DNA of 64,000 bases. Source: Phoronis australis (lineage: Eukaryota; Animalia; Phoronida). A program made the position numbers and the translations under genes. Shown here one piece after another: positions 11,068-24,848 of the stretch (position 1 is its first letter; each line of letters starts with the position of its first letter). The notes below the pieces were generated by a model that did no database searches, was not told the DNA's origin, and worked only from the letters and a program-made list of their open reading frames with translations. The stretch lies in assembly GCA_002633005.1 (NCBI GenBank), contig NMRA01000252.1:463654-527653 (forward strand), written 5' to 3'.

Positions 11068-14000
11068 CAACACTTGCAGAATCCCATAGTTTGCTAGACA
11101 AAGCCAATATCCTCATTAATGTTTCAAGTAATTTCGGTGTTAAAACCAATTTTATTCTGCTTCAATCTGTCGCATCACTTGCATTGATGTGTTGTAAGTC
11201 AATGTTACTTTTCACTTTTCTCTTATTGTTGTATATAATGATAACAGTTTAATATTCTTATTTGTTACTAAATGTTCATTGCCTAAAGCCCGGATATAAT
11301 GGTAACTGCAGATTCCGCGCTGAATTTTACAGTATGTCTTAATAAATCGGTAGCTGTTAAAAAAGTTTGTTGGCAAACGAACGAAATCGACTTCTAACAA
11401 CATTTGACTAATAAAGACCTTAAACTTCAACAGAGCATTATTTTGATACGCATGTAAAAATTACTTCTGTTTGGAAGACTTTGTTTTACTCGCAAAATTT
11501 AAACACTTGAAATTAGAAAAATATATCTCGAGGGAAATTATTTAACGCCTTCCGGACTTGAGGCTAACATTAATACTCGGAACTCGGCTAGACATTGGCA
11601 GCGCTCTGGTACAGTGCAGGCGAACAAATGACATAGAGTGAGTTTACAGCGTTTTATCTTTGTTGCTTTCCTGCAAAACTTCCGAATTTGAGCAACAGCA
11701 CCAAAACAAAAATAAAACCATGAAAACCTCGTTACGTTCAAAATCAGCTAACGACCAACGCACTTGAACTGCGCGCACTTGGTAACGAATGCCAAGACTA
11801 TGACGCGAAAACGCATTTAAAATCCAATGTCACGTGACCAACGAAGGAATCGGTAGTACATTATACAGCCAACGAATGATTGCGTCTGCAATAACATGTA
11901 GCGACATTCTCGGCGAGAAAAGTAATTTATAGAAATTAGCAATAGTGCGGAATAGAACACGTGACCTCTGCAAACGTCGCGTTGTACATTTTCAGAAGCG
12001 TATTTTAGTACTCTTAAAATGTACAACCAAAATGGTGAAGAAAGAGGTCTTGAATCCAGCGAATGGCTGACAGGAAATTACGAGAATTGACGATTTGTAA
12101 TAACATCACAAAACCGCAAAGAATTTTTTTCCGATTCTCTTCAAAATTAACAAATCCAGTACGTCTATGCTGTTCAACTGCAATTTCTAAGTTTCTCGGT
12201 ATTCGGTTTTGAGTGCCTGTGTTATAGTAATAAATGCTTTGATATTTGAACTGAATGGGGAGCATTCAGTAACTTAGATTTGTTGTTATCAAAAAATTGC
12301 CTTTTATTTAACCATAAGATTGTTTAGATGCTATTTATAAGCAGACACATTTAGGAATTAAAATTAGAAAAAATGGAAGATGTGTTGTTCTTTTTATCCC
12401 CATGGACACATGCATACATGTACCTTATTCACACAAACATATAGCACAAACCCTGTGTATATATCGCAAAAACGAGGTTGTTTGCCAGAACACGACCCGA
12501 GACTGCAGGTGACTGTACCGAACTGAATACAGTGAACTCGCATGACGACTGGTAATTATCATCGAATTTAACTGAAAATAATAAAAATGTTGGAAATGAA
12601 CACAAAGTTTTTCATTCGTGTTTTTCTGCCTATTGCAGGAAGCTGGACAATTTGTGTTATAATATTTCTGAATTTCCGATGCCACGGGGAGCCAACATAG
12701 CAAGCAAGTAAAATGAAGTTCCTTTTCAAACTAACTGGTCAACACAAAGTTGAATATCAAACTGTTATGATTATTAAAATACAGTCTATTGCATTGTTTT
12801 TAATCCTTTTAAGAAAATCGTTAAAAATGCCTCCTCACTAACCAAACGACGACATGCAACAAATTCGCTGTTTATTATTTCAGCACAGTCACCCTTTCTT
12901 TCCAGACTAAAACTATTTTTGAATAATTGATCTTAAAAATTAGGTCAAGCATATCGAACGTTTGGTGGTAAAAGAACGTTGGCGATTTCAGAATGGGTGC
13001 TTCTGCTGCTAGTTTCCAGTTCTGGATTGTCCGGAGAAGTATACTCCACGTATGAACTCCTGGGCAGCAGACACAAAATGAGAATTTAGTGAGTTAGTTG
13101 TTTTTAAAATGATAATGACATTAGTTCTCGGAGGTTTTCGTTAAAATGTTGAAAAATTACATTTTGGACGTCGATATCCAAATTTTTAAAGTCGTTCGAA
13201 AACGGTGATTCCTTTGTTATCTATTTAAACTTATCTTAGAAAAACCTAAACGTTCATTTCATTGCGGGGTTGTCCGTAAATGCCACCGATTAAACGACAA
13301 AAGTGTGCAGGTCCATCTTACAGAAATGCCTGACTTCACGTTTTCGCTGTTCAAACCAAACATTGTTAATTTAAGTATACATACACTTAGCATTCACGGG
13401 CCAGATAGTGGGCTCTTTTGTCCCAATATTGTTGAGAAGAATACCTTTTCTTTGTTAACTGTTATACTCACAGTGTGAACTTTGAGAAATTAACGCCTAT
13501 TTTTGTAAACACACTTCCGTATGCAAGGTCATGAAACTAATGTCAACAGAGTCAATTTTTAAATATTCGTTAACTTCTGTAAATATATTTTGTCATCATT
13601 TCAAGTTCGAGAACTTTATTAAAGAAATATAACTGATTATTGGTTGATCGATTGAATTAAAAGTATGAAATGTCTCACGTTCATGTGTTTGTATGATACA
13701 TGAGAACAACTAGTTCTCAATCAAAAACCTGTAATGTCACAACACATTAAGACTTAGTAGCTCTATAAATATAAATAAACAAAACTCAGACTTCTTTATT
13801 TCCAAAAACCTTGAAGCAATATTTTCAGGTTTATTGTGCTGCTAAAATCTTGCCAAAATAAAGTTGAAATCTGCCAACCCTTCTGAGACACAAAATGCCT
13901 GTTGCCTATTAGCGGAGAATGTGTGTTTAACAGAGAGCAAGTTGAGTATAGTAAAATTTCATACAGACTACCACAACCCAGAAACACAGAAATGTGTCTT

Positions 14001-15694
14001 ATACTAGCACGCCGCGCCCTACTAAACCCCCAAAATACAAAACTTGAACTGTGACATGATTCCGGTTAACAAAATAGACCGTTAATTTCATTTGGATCGT
14101 AACTAAAAACTAACTCAAAACCGTGTAGAAATTAAAGGAAATGTGACATTCGTGATTACAACTAGCTTACAAGTCACGTACTTGCGTGTCTCTTCAAAGA
14201 AAACGATTATGCTGTATTTTAGTCTGTGTATGGACGCATTGTCGGCATACAGTGATGAAGTTAAGGCAAGTAAAATCCATAGTCAACCATTATAAGCGTA
14301 ATTTATTGCGGAAAATCGAAACTGCGTCTATACATGAACACTCATTTCCTGAGTAGAGTTCAATTACGGAGATTTTTGCCATTACTCAGAATTTCAAAAC
14401 TGAACACGTCAGTAATACTACAGGTACACTACAGGTACATGTATCTGTGTATACTGAACACGTCTTTGATACTGTTCACCCTTATTTGTTGTCATGTCGT
14501 CCTCGTCAGTTCTGTTTGTATCCACGTGTACTTCTCAACGATTGCCGCTTTGATTTCTACGGCGATTTCCTCTGCAGTTGAGGATTGTTCAGTTTATTGT
14601 TCGTAGCGGTGTTGCTGTTTAGACTTCAGCTGAGGTATCAATCGGATCATTTTCCTCGAGAAACAAAAGAGTTTGTAAAATTACCAAATTAAGCTGTCAC
14701 ACACGTGACACGTTTTGTCTCCGGTCTGGCTACAGAAGTCCTAATGTAGCTTATTCAAACCACCAGCCGAAAGCAAGAACGCCCCTTGATACTGTTCACA
14801 ATACTGTCGTTTTATATTGGTGCAAGCGAAAGAAGAGTGTTGGAGGTGAACGGCACGGTATTGTAGTTGGGTTATTAAACATTTAGCATTTGGTTTTGGG
14901 AAAACTCATTTTTTGCTAAATAAGGGCCACTCATATTGAAGAAGGGGGGGCTTGGTGAGAATTTTATAAGAGAAAGTATGTGAAAGAAAAATAGAGCGAT
15001 AATTTCGGCGAGGATAAAGTTTATGGTCTGATCTGTGTCCAGGACCTAGCGGCACCAGATTAGAGTAGGCTCATGTAGAGCACTCGAGTCAGTGATAACA
15101 GGGACATGAATTGCAATCTACCGCTTACATTTAAAGATTGTAAATCGATTTTATACCTAGAAAACTGGGTTATCTGATAACAAGTCTCATGATGACTGGT
15201 GTTATGAATCTGAAGAGAAAAATGTTTTTGCAGGACCGCAGGAAGTTGCCTTTTCATCTGCGTTTCATGACGTTTCGTTACATTTTATTAATAGTCCATG
15301 AATTTAACCCTTTTCAACTGGACAACAATTTGTATTTTGAACATGCAAAAATGGGTTCAAGCAGGACGAGATATATCTCTGGTTCAAGTGCTACAGTTCC
15401 GTCATCTGATGACGTCATGTCACTTGGGACACTGACACGTTCATTTTGTCAGATGCTACTAACTAATATCAAGGTTATCAACCAGGGGGTGGGAACTCGA
15501 GTGAGTGTGAGCGAACTGATTCCCACTTTTCATGGATTGGACTTAGTGCCTGCATTGAACACTTTTGTGACAGCGCTAGTGTTCGAGAGGTGGATGATAC
15601 TACCTTCATGTCGGCGTTTAAACCATGAGCAGGCTAAACCCCATACTGCGGTACAGCTCCACAGGCAATCCGCTCAATTCATCTCGAAACAACT

Positions 15695-18051
15695 TTTGAT
15701 ACAGACCACTCTTCCGATAGTGAAATAGTGAAATTAATACCAGGTGGTTCCTTAAAGCCAAACTGAATGTGATTTTAGTCTGCACAAGCTTACATGTCAA
15801 CCCATGTCGTAGCTTTTTTAGTATATTTCGAACGTGATCTATCTGCGGGTTTTAAACGACTCTTACAAACAGTGACAAACCTGGTAGGTGCAGTTCCACA
15901 GTGACCACAGTGACTAAAAAACTCTTGACAATATTACGATTATCAACACGAGATTGACAGGTTTGATCAAGATTATAAATTTTATATGCAGTACGGAAAG
16001 ATGCATGTACAAGTCGAGGAAAAGGGGAACTTTAAGAAGGAATACCTAACTAGGCTTAATTTTTGTGGACTTGACTCTTCAACACTGAAGCCAATCGTGG
16101 GCGACGGCAGTCAAGAGGTGACTTCTATTGGTTTGATTGTGGATCACTTGCAGAATGAGCCAGCAACTCAATTAAAACGTGTGATAATTAGTGACCGTCG
16201 TTTATTAAGCCTGTTCGTTTTAGCGAAGCTTTACGGTATAGTTTGCACGATATGGAGTGAATGTACCTTATTCACAATTAGCGCTGACCCTTTGTATATG
16301 TCACAAAACAAGGTTATTTGCCAGAATCTGAGACAGGTGCCTGTCCCGAACCGGACCCCGTATATTTTGAATGCAATGAACTCGTGTTGGAATTGGTTAA
16401 CATTATCAAATTTAACTGAAAATAATAAAAAGTGTTGGAAATGAACATGTCGTCATTTTTCATTCACGTTTTTCTGTTTACTGCAGTAAGTTACCCAACT
16501 TTGTCTTTTAATAATTCAAAATTTCAGAGATCACGGGAGCCAACATCGCAAGCAAGCAAATTGAAATTGTTTTCCAAACTACATTGTAACTAGTCAAAAG
16601 AAATTTCTAATATCAAACAGTTTTTATAAAATGCAAATGTCATTCAAATACAGTCTATTGCTTTAAGTACTTTAAAAATCATTAGAAACGTCTTTTCATT
16701 AACCAAAGAACGATATACACCAAATTCGCTGTTTTCTTATTTTAGCCCTTTTTCTTTCCAGACTAAAACTATTTTTGAATAAGATATGTGGCCTGAATTT
16801 TTGTCTGTAAAAAGAAACTAACGATGAGAAGAAGACATTTGGTGTTTTTGGTGTGTGAAATTGAGTTTTCGGTTAAGTGTGTGCGTGTATGTGGTTGTGG
16901 TGTGTCATTAGGGATTTGTACTGTATTGTTATTATTGTTATTATTGAAATAAATGTTTAAAAAAAACTATTTTTAAATAATTGTTCTTACAAAAGTTAGG
17001 TCATACATGTCGAACGCTTGGTGGTGAAGGTTTTCCAGTGACAGAACTTTTGAAGCTCGATATCAGTGTTGGAACATCTGCTTCTAGTTTCCGGTTCCGG
17101 AATGTCTGGAGAAGGGAACTCTTCATATAGACCCACAGCCAACATATATAAAATGAGAGTTTAGCGCACTTTTTATCTTTAAAAAGACAACGACCTCTGG
17201 GGCTTTTATTAATATATTGAAAAATTAAAATTAAAGTACCGAACGTCAACATCCAATTTTAGGTCCTTCNTTTGATACAGACCACTCTTCCGATAGTGAA
17301 ATAGTGAAATTAATACCAGGTGGTTCCTTAAAGCCAAACTGAATGTGATTTTAGTCTGCACAAGCTTACATGTCAACCCATGTCGTAGCTTTTTTAGTAT
17401 ATTTCGAACGTGATCTATCTGCGGGTTTTAAACGACTCTTACAAACAGTGACAAACCTGGTAGGTGCAGTTCCACAGTGACCACAGTGACTAAAAAACTC
17501 TTGACAATATTACGATTATCAACACGAGATTGACAGGTTTGATCAAGATTATAAATTTTATATGCAGTACGGAAAGATGCATGTACAAGTCGAGGAAAAG
17601 GGGAACTTTAAGAAGGAATACCTAACTAGGCTTAATTTTTGTGGACTTGACTCTTCAACACTGAAGCCAATCGTGGGCGACGGCAGTCAAGAGGTGACAT
17701 CTATTGGTTTGATTGTGGGTCACTTGCAGAATGAGCCAGCAACTCAATTAAAACGTGTGATAATTAGTGACCGTCGTTTATTAAGCCTGTTCGTTTTAGC
17801 GAAGCTTTACGGTATAGTTTGCACGATATGGAGTGAATGTACCTTATTCACAATTAGCACTGACCCTTTGTATATGTCTCAAAACAAGGTTATTTGCCAG
17901 AATCTGTGACATGTATAGACCCACAGGCAACATATATAAAATGAGAGTTTAGCGCACTTTTTATCTTTAAAAAGACAATGACCTCTGGGGCTTTTATTAA
18001 TATATTGAAAAATTAAAGTACCGAACGTCAACATCCAATTTTAGGTCCTTC
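15695..18051 (+). other. near-identical duplication across a contig join (probable two haplotypes)
   Basis: 15695-16330 matches 17271-17906 and 17126-17269 matches 17914-18051, with only a few differences. The second copy starts exactly after the n at 17270. Confidence 0.85.
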
Positions 18052-18261
18052 GAAAACAACGATTCCTTTTCATCTGTTTACAACCTTTAGGTATTACCGC
18101 ATGCACATGTAGGTTATATTTTCAAAAGCTTCGGAATTTTCCTGTCCTGGCTGTCGTAGCATTGGTTTGATTTTCTAAAAAAAACATGGTCTGCCATCGA
18201 CCTTTAGAGGGAAGTCGCCTATATAAACGGTGGAAAGTCATTCTTTTGTGTTCAGTCAACC

Positions 18262-18412
18262 GGGGTCCAGTTTCACAAAAGTTATAGGCCGTATAGCAAC
18301 AATGACGTCGCATTAACAAGCATCACGTTGTTAGTGCTGAACAATGCACGTGACGTCATGCAACAATCAAAACTTATCTAGCGAATAACTTTTTAAACTT
18401 TATGCAACTCAT
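18262..18412. mobile_element. about 150-bp dispersed MITE-like repeat (second copy at about 44308-44459)
   Basis: Both copies share ccagtt(t/g)ca(c/t)aaaagttata..ccgtatagcaacaatgacgtcgcatta...aacaatgcac.tgacgtcatgcaacaa...aaacttatc with short imperfect inverted ends. Confidence 0.65.
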
Positions 18413-18619
18413 CTCAGTTGTACGTCATGACTCCGCCACCTTCTCCCGCGCTATCAGGGCGAGTTTCCTGATTTCGGTTACCGGGTTAAAAACGTGTTGT
18501 TATCAGTTTGACAATAGGATTTACTACACTGTGCAGCAAATTAAACGCTCGTTGTTCACCTGATAAATTCTGACTAATCCAGCAAGTAGGCTATGAAACA
18601 GCACACATGCTGGCAGATA

Positions 18620-21600
18620 CTTTAACAATACTATTTGCAAACTACTTTCATCAAATGTCGTGAAGCCAATTTTATGAAGTACTACAGATGTATATCACCA
18701 AAAAAGTTCGAACAGGGAATGAAAAGTGGTTTTCATAAATGCTGCGTCATTGTAGTGAACCAAAATCATAGACTTGCTTGCGTAATACTAGATGAGATGG
18801 TGATTGTGGATATTTCGTTAGTGGTTGGCCAGGAAAATGGTACGCAACGATTCAGGCACACGAGGCTCGGGGAAATCTGAGCTGCGTTTACTTGAGTTTA
18901 CCATGGCACTAGGTCGTTCTAAATACACCGATATTTTCTGCCAAGAGCATTTCATTGTTTCCTTTGATATCTTTAGCTAGCGTTAAGACTGATCATGGCC
19001 TTCTCAGGTATGCCGGCCGGGAGCCCGGAGGCTGGGGTTCGGGGGCCGCCGTCACAAGGTTTCTCGGTGCACACACAATGACGTGCTTCATTTTTTAATT
19101 ACGTACAAACATAATCTACTTTTGGGCTCATGCATTCACAAATACAAACATCATCCAAAGGCTAGTCGGATGAAGCAGTGTATTAAAATAACAACAAATA
19201 CAGCAAAGAGTTTTTACAGTTTACACCTAAATACAAAAGTTCAAAAGACACTAAACTAACAAAGAGCTAAATAGGGATAAGCTGACTAACTAAAACTTAC
19301 ATGAAGCAGTATAATTAGTATTTAGATCGCTAGAGGTAATAAGAGTATAGTGATATACGTGTAGTATAAAACTTTCTATGTCTCCATACAATGTAAATGA
19401 TGACTACACTAAACCTCGGTTAAGTCAGACGTGCTAACGTCAGATCTTCGCTCAATTCCAACAAAGTTTCGTGGAACCGTTGACCTTGCGTTAATTCCTT
19501 AATAAAGTATGTTTTTTAAGTCGGATCTTCGCTCAACTCCTTGAAAATTCGAGGAACAATTGACCAAATCCACCTTGTTACCTCGCTGAAGTCCGTCATA
19601 AATTTTTCTTTAAAAAATCGCCGGTAATGCATATACAGTACATGTACATGAATGATTTTTAATAATTTACTGGCAGATTGCCTAAACTGTTACTGCACGT
19701 GGAGTCTTGGCTGCTATTGACGATGTCCTAGACAATGGCCCACACCTTTACCATGAGACTAGCTAGTAATTGAGAATACATTATAGTTGTAAGATGTAAA
19801 AAGATTTGTACAATATAAAACTGAAGTATAGGTAATAACTAGTATGAGACAAAATAAACAGATAAACAAAAAGAAAGGGTTCTGAATTTTTTTGGATCCC
19901 AGTTTTGAAAGTTTCAAGTGTTTTTGAGTTTTTGATGTGGTCGATCGTCTGCTGAGTTCCAAAGTATGGGTACTAAGTATCTAAAACTGTGTAGGCCATG
20001 TTTTGTTTTGTTGTGTAGACATTGGGAATCTAAACATTCATTAATCCTCTGCCATTTTAAGAATTGTCGAGTGTCAGAGGTTTACTGAACAGTGACTCGT
20101 GTATGATGGGTTTTGAAAATGAAGAGTAAGTACATGTACAGTGTGAATACGTGTACAGTGTAAGTGCACGTGCAGTGTGAGTAAGTACAGTGTAAGTGCA
20201 CGTGCAGTGTGAGTAAGTACAGTGTGAGTACACGTGCAGTGTGAGTACCATTATGTGTCTATTGTAAAGGGAAGTTTGACTTGTGTGCACATGATTGTGT
20301 CTTCATATTCTGTTCTGCCATGAAATTCGTAGATTGGTTTTTAATGCATATTTGAAAGGCTTTTCATCTTTTTAGGAATTTCTTTTGGGACAAAAATGCC
20401 AGACAATGTCACAGTAGTTGTGTACAAGTAGCTGTTAAGAGCGTGATGCAGGGGTAATAGAGACGAGATTTATGAGTATTCCGATAATAGCGCTTGACTT
20501 GTTTAGCAGTTTTTTGGGATATCGTAGGTGTATGTCAAATGTCAAGATGTTGTCTGTGTTGAGGCAGTTGGTGGAGTTGATAGAGAAAGTCGGACACGAG
20601 GGATCTATCGGTGTTGATGACCATAAAACTGTTCAATTATTGTGTACTATATTAAGGTCCGAGCACAATAGTTTTGAATTAGGTCTTCGAACTAAGATAG
20701 CTGCGGAATGCGTATGGCGGAACGAACCGATCCTTGGCGGCGGAGAATCAATTAAGTTGGCGGCGGAACTCGGAATTGCGCATTTTTTCGAAAATTTGAT
20801 TACTCAGTGATTTCAGATGAACTAGCGAGCCTTGATACGCCGTAAAATGTCTCATTTGTTACATTTTACATTGTAAAGCCTCCCCTAAAGTGCAACATTT
20901 TACATTGAATGCAAGAAATGTACCATTGTTATTATTTACCAAGTCATATCACAAAGTAAATTAACAAAACCACGAAGAGGTGGTATCTGACTCGGCTAGG
21001 GGCACTCGAGTGTTTGAATACGAAAGTTTGGATATCTGGCCACTTATAGAGTGGTCTCGGACAAAAAGTGACCCATTTAGAGAGTAATTATGTGTAAAAA
21101 TTTACATTTTGCAAAATTCTGTTTCGGAAACTCAAACGTGGCACCCTTTTAGTTAGCATTATTCGAAAATGGCACCATTTTGGAGGGTATTTTTTGCTGT
21201 AAAAACAGTGCACCTCGTGGGCGCCACTTTCGTAAACCTCTTCTATAGGAATACCTTATAGAAGAGGTATAGGCTAAACATTATCATTATTATTATTATT
21301 ATTATTGTTGTTGATGTATTTGTTGTTGTTATTGTTGAATTTCTTTAATCAGAACACTGTACAATATACTCAATACCTGCTTAGCAAAGTCTTAATATAC
21401 CATGGTCCTTAAACATTTTAAAATCATTTCATTAATGGTTCAACGTTTTCACCGGTCTTCGCATAATGGACAGCGAGTGACGTTTCAAATGGAATTTAAA
21501 GGGGTTCTTAAGTTCAGCAGTAACAATATTGTGAGAAACGTCTTGACAGCTGTAAATTCACAGTAGGCCTAATTTTGGGAAAGTGGGGTTAAGATTTAAT

Positions 21601-22250
21601 CAATCTTATTTAGACGTGCACCAAGTTAAAAAATTGATTATTTCTGAACTATCGGTAAGAACGGTATTGTTTGTAAAATAACTATTTTCTTCTGTAGTTT
21701 GGCACAAAGAACTGGATTCAGTCTTTTACTAACGACTTACGCCTAAACGTGAGGACACCCGCCGTGTTATATTTGTCTGTTGTTGAAAACACGCGAGGAC
21801 ACCCGCCGTGTTATATTTGTCTGTTGTTGAAAACACGTGAGGACACCCGCCGTGTTATATTTGTCTGTTGTTGAAAACACGTGAGGACACCCGCCGTGTT
21901 ATATTTGTCTGTTGTTGAAAACACGTGAGGACACCCGCCGTGTTATATTTGTCTGTTGTTGAAAACATTGTTCTTTGAACTAGCGATCGTTCTACGTTGA
22001 TATGCAAGCTCAAAAAATACGGCTGCTGTCACCGGGTCAATAGCAAAGCTGGCAACGGACACACAAAACACGCAACAATTCTATTTAGAACGGGCTCCCA
22101 CATTTTTAGAAGAACACAGTGGTTTAACTGAGGGATTTGAACTAGGTTTCATTGAACGTGGGTCGTCATATCTGGCATAATTAAGATTTCTCAGTGCAGC
22201 TTGGTCGTATAATATGTAATTTTAGTTGTATCGCATAGTTGATCTACTTA
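18620..22250 (-). pseudogene. decayed leucine-rich-repeat gene remnants
   Basis: Minus-strand fragments broken by stops and frameshifts: DQAALRNLNYARY (~22170-22205), DVSHNIV (~21525-21545), NDFKMFKDHGILRL (~21385-21428), HLKSLSNQIFEKMRN (~20775-20819), DLNIVHNN*TVL (~20625-20660), QHLDI*HT (~20530-20555), YCDIVW (~20398-20415, LRRCT-like), PESLRTIFLAN/NEISTI (~18800-18860). Recognised by eye only. Confidence 0.4.
21745..21966. repeat. 44-bp minisatellite, 5 copies
   Basis: Unit aaaacacgtgaggacacccgccgtgttatatttgtctgttgttg is near-identical and head to tail. Confidence 0.95.
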
Positions 22251-24261
22251 ACCAGAGTAGAGTTACACAAGCGACGGTCTTTGTAGCGTTACGTACCGAA
22301 AATGACGTCACACAATAGGAATAATGAACATTCCCATAGTTTGACATCCGATATTCGCTGTGTAACGCTACGAAGAACTTCACTTGTGCAAATCTTTTGA
22401 CTAATTTGACAGAATAATTTCGTGCTTACAAAACTGGTTAAAAATACGACACTGTTGACTGTTAACTAGTTTGAATAGGAGCGAGTCTACAGGAAGCTCA
22501 TACAGTAGTCAGACGTCCGCACAAGGGTTTTAACCAATCTACAGAAATCAAGATGTTCATCACCCTGCTGCAACATTGAAACTGCACCAGGTTCTTCGAC
22601 CCATCTACTTGAATCCCAAAAAAGCGTAAAAGTGGCAAAAATATACAGTGCGTGGTACTTTTAATGGACAATGTGAAAACTGAAAATTGGGCAAGTACAA
22701 GTGGCTGATAGAATTTCGAACACTATGCGACACTGCAATTGAAACCGACCCTGAATGCACCTCTACACTGATGCCTCCAAAAGGAATAAGCTATCTTGTC
22801 GAAACTATCCACAAATAAGGACTGAGAATTCCTTCATCATTTTATCTAAACCCCTAAGACATGCGTACTACACGTGCTCAGATTGCACCTTTTTCATGTT
22901 TGTGAACTCAACCAACCTACAAATGTAGGTGCCAGCTGCTTGAACTATAGTTTGTGTTCTGAATAGTGAACCATAAGTAGCATATTCCTGAAAAGTGAAA
23001 AGGTGTCAGATTTTTAAATTTTACTCAATTAAGAAATCAACCAAAACATCTAGCGTTGTAACTATATCAGTTGCTTAATAATTTCACAATCAGAAAGACT
23101 ACTTTCATCAGTTAACCTCATGACACGATAATTGGGTTTGAGCCTTGAGATTAACAAACCTGTTTCTAACGCCAAAAGTAATAACTTCAAAGTGAACCAT
23201 TGATTTAAGGCCTCAAATTTTTATGACGTGACAGCGAAAGTGTTGTTAAACTGAATTTCTGTAGAGTTTGGATATATGTTCTAAATACAAAAACCCATTT
23301 TAAAATTCTGCTGAATGACATTTAAATCGTACCTAACAATTTCGGGAGACCAATTTAAAGTGACTCCACAGATTAATAAGCATTATTAATATTTCCCGTT
23401 TTACAATATTAGGCAAAGAGTTTTACCAAACGAGGACTGCTCTTTCTGTAAGAATGATTCAGAGGATCTTTTCCATCTGTACTGGTTTTGCAATATTGTA
23501 CAGGATTCTAATTGGATGACGTTTAGTGATAGCATTTGCCAAAAACGGATTGATGTAACGCCCTAAGATATATTCTTGAGCAATCTGATGGGTTTGAAAT
23601 ATATAATGATCACAAGAAAATCTTCGATAAGTGGACCGCGTGGCCATGATTAGTTATCTGATGTAGTTTCCTATTATGAGTTTGCCTGCGTGTGCGCTTG
23701 AGTGTTCGCGTGAGTGTGCGCGCGAATGATGTGCTTCAGAAGAAACTTGGCCCGCACACTAGCGATGAAACGTGATTCGCTAATATATTTTCACAACTAA
23801 GATAGTACCCGTCGGTTTTCGAAACTTTTTTGATCTCGCTCCCTTTGTATGGGGCAGGGCAATTACGACCGCATTAGCGATGACTTCAAGGCAATAATAC
23901 ACTGGATGAAAGATATGATAACACACGTGGACTAAAACTGATGATTTTTCTGTTAAAGTGGCTTCCTAAATTGAATTCCTCCGGAAGAAATACGACAAGT
24001 ATAAATGTAAAGCCAAAATACGATTTCATTGTTTTTGTTGTGCTTAGCGAGGAAAGTCTGCATTAATGTAATGCCGGATTTGCTTTATGACCTGTGAGCG
24101 TCAGCAAAAGATTGCAAGAACGCTTTATCAATAACAAACTTCTTCTCGGCTTGGAAACTCTTTTAATCGGGAGGAACATTTTTACTATACCAAGAAGCTG
24201 TGCATGATACGCCTATAGGGACATTATTAACTTAAGAGTTTGGACACAGTAATCATCCCAC

Positions 24262-24664
24262 AACCGGACGATCGCCGCACAAATAAAAAAGTTCATTCTA
24301 AATCAACGTTTCGTCTATTCATTTGACATCATCAGGATCATATTTACAACAATTTAGGACAACAAGTGCCAACATACAGCTCAGGTAACATCAGTGTAGG
24401 CACTGACTTGTCATTCAGTGGCCATTCAAAACCAGCACGCCACTGATTCTCTGAATAATATGCAGGGAGCTCAGTGATCCTGCAGCTATGGTGACGACCA
24501 GCTACTGACCATAATCCTTGTATCTCTCGCTTCACTTTATGGATGTTACCTGAGCTGTATGTTGGCACTTGTTGTCCTAAGTGAATCCTGACTTGATGTC
24601 TAATGAATAGAGGAAACGTTGATTTAACATGAACTTTTAAATTTGTGCTGCGATCGTCCGGGTT
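24262..24664. mobile_element. MITE with about 130-bp imperfect TIRs upstream of PGLS
   Basis: ccggacgatcgccgcacaaataaaaaagttca...ggacaacaagtgccaacatacagctcaggtaacatc is mirrored by gatgttacctgagctgtatgttggcacttgttgtcc...tgaacttttaaatttgtgctgcgatcgtccgg. A related single end occurs at about 43424-43520. Confidence 0.8.
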
Positions 24665-24848
24665 TTTAAGCCTATAGGGACACATCTATAAATTCGAGCA
24701 GGCACATTTAACAGAATTTGCATTCAAACAATCTGAGAAAGAAGCCGTGAGTTAAACTTCTTTCAACATAGTGTGTACGTGAAAACTAAGAAGCTCTTTG
24801 CCAGCCGAGAGACGGCAGCACAGAACGGTCTCCTGCAAAGCCTCTCTA

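Noticed and set aside
15986-17909. Duplicated ORFs MQYGKMHVQ... (152 and 115 aa) as a tandem gene pair
   Set aside because: No recognisable domain. The duplication begins exactly at a contig join and looks allelic.
20472-20810. 112-aa plus-strand ORF
   Set aside because: No domain similarity; it is the antisense of the LRR-like remnants.
21745-21966. CRISPR-like appearance of the 44-bp array (and of the 23-, 29-, 37-, 39- and 48-bp arrays)
   Set aside because: Units are head to tail with no unique spacers, there are no cas genes, and the context is eukaryotic.
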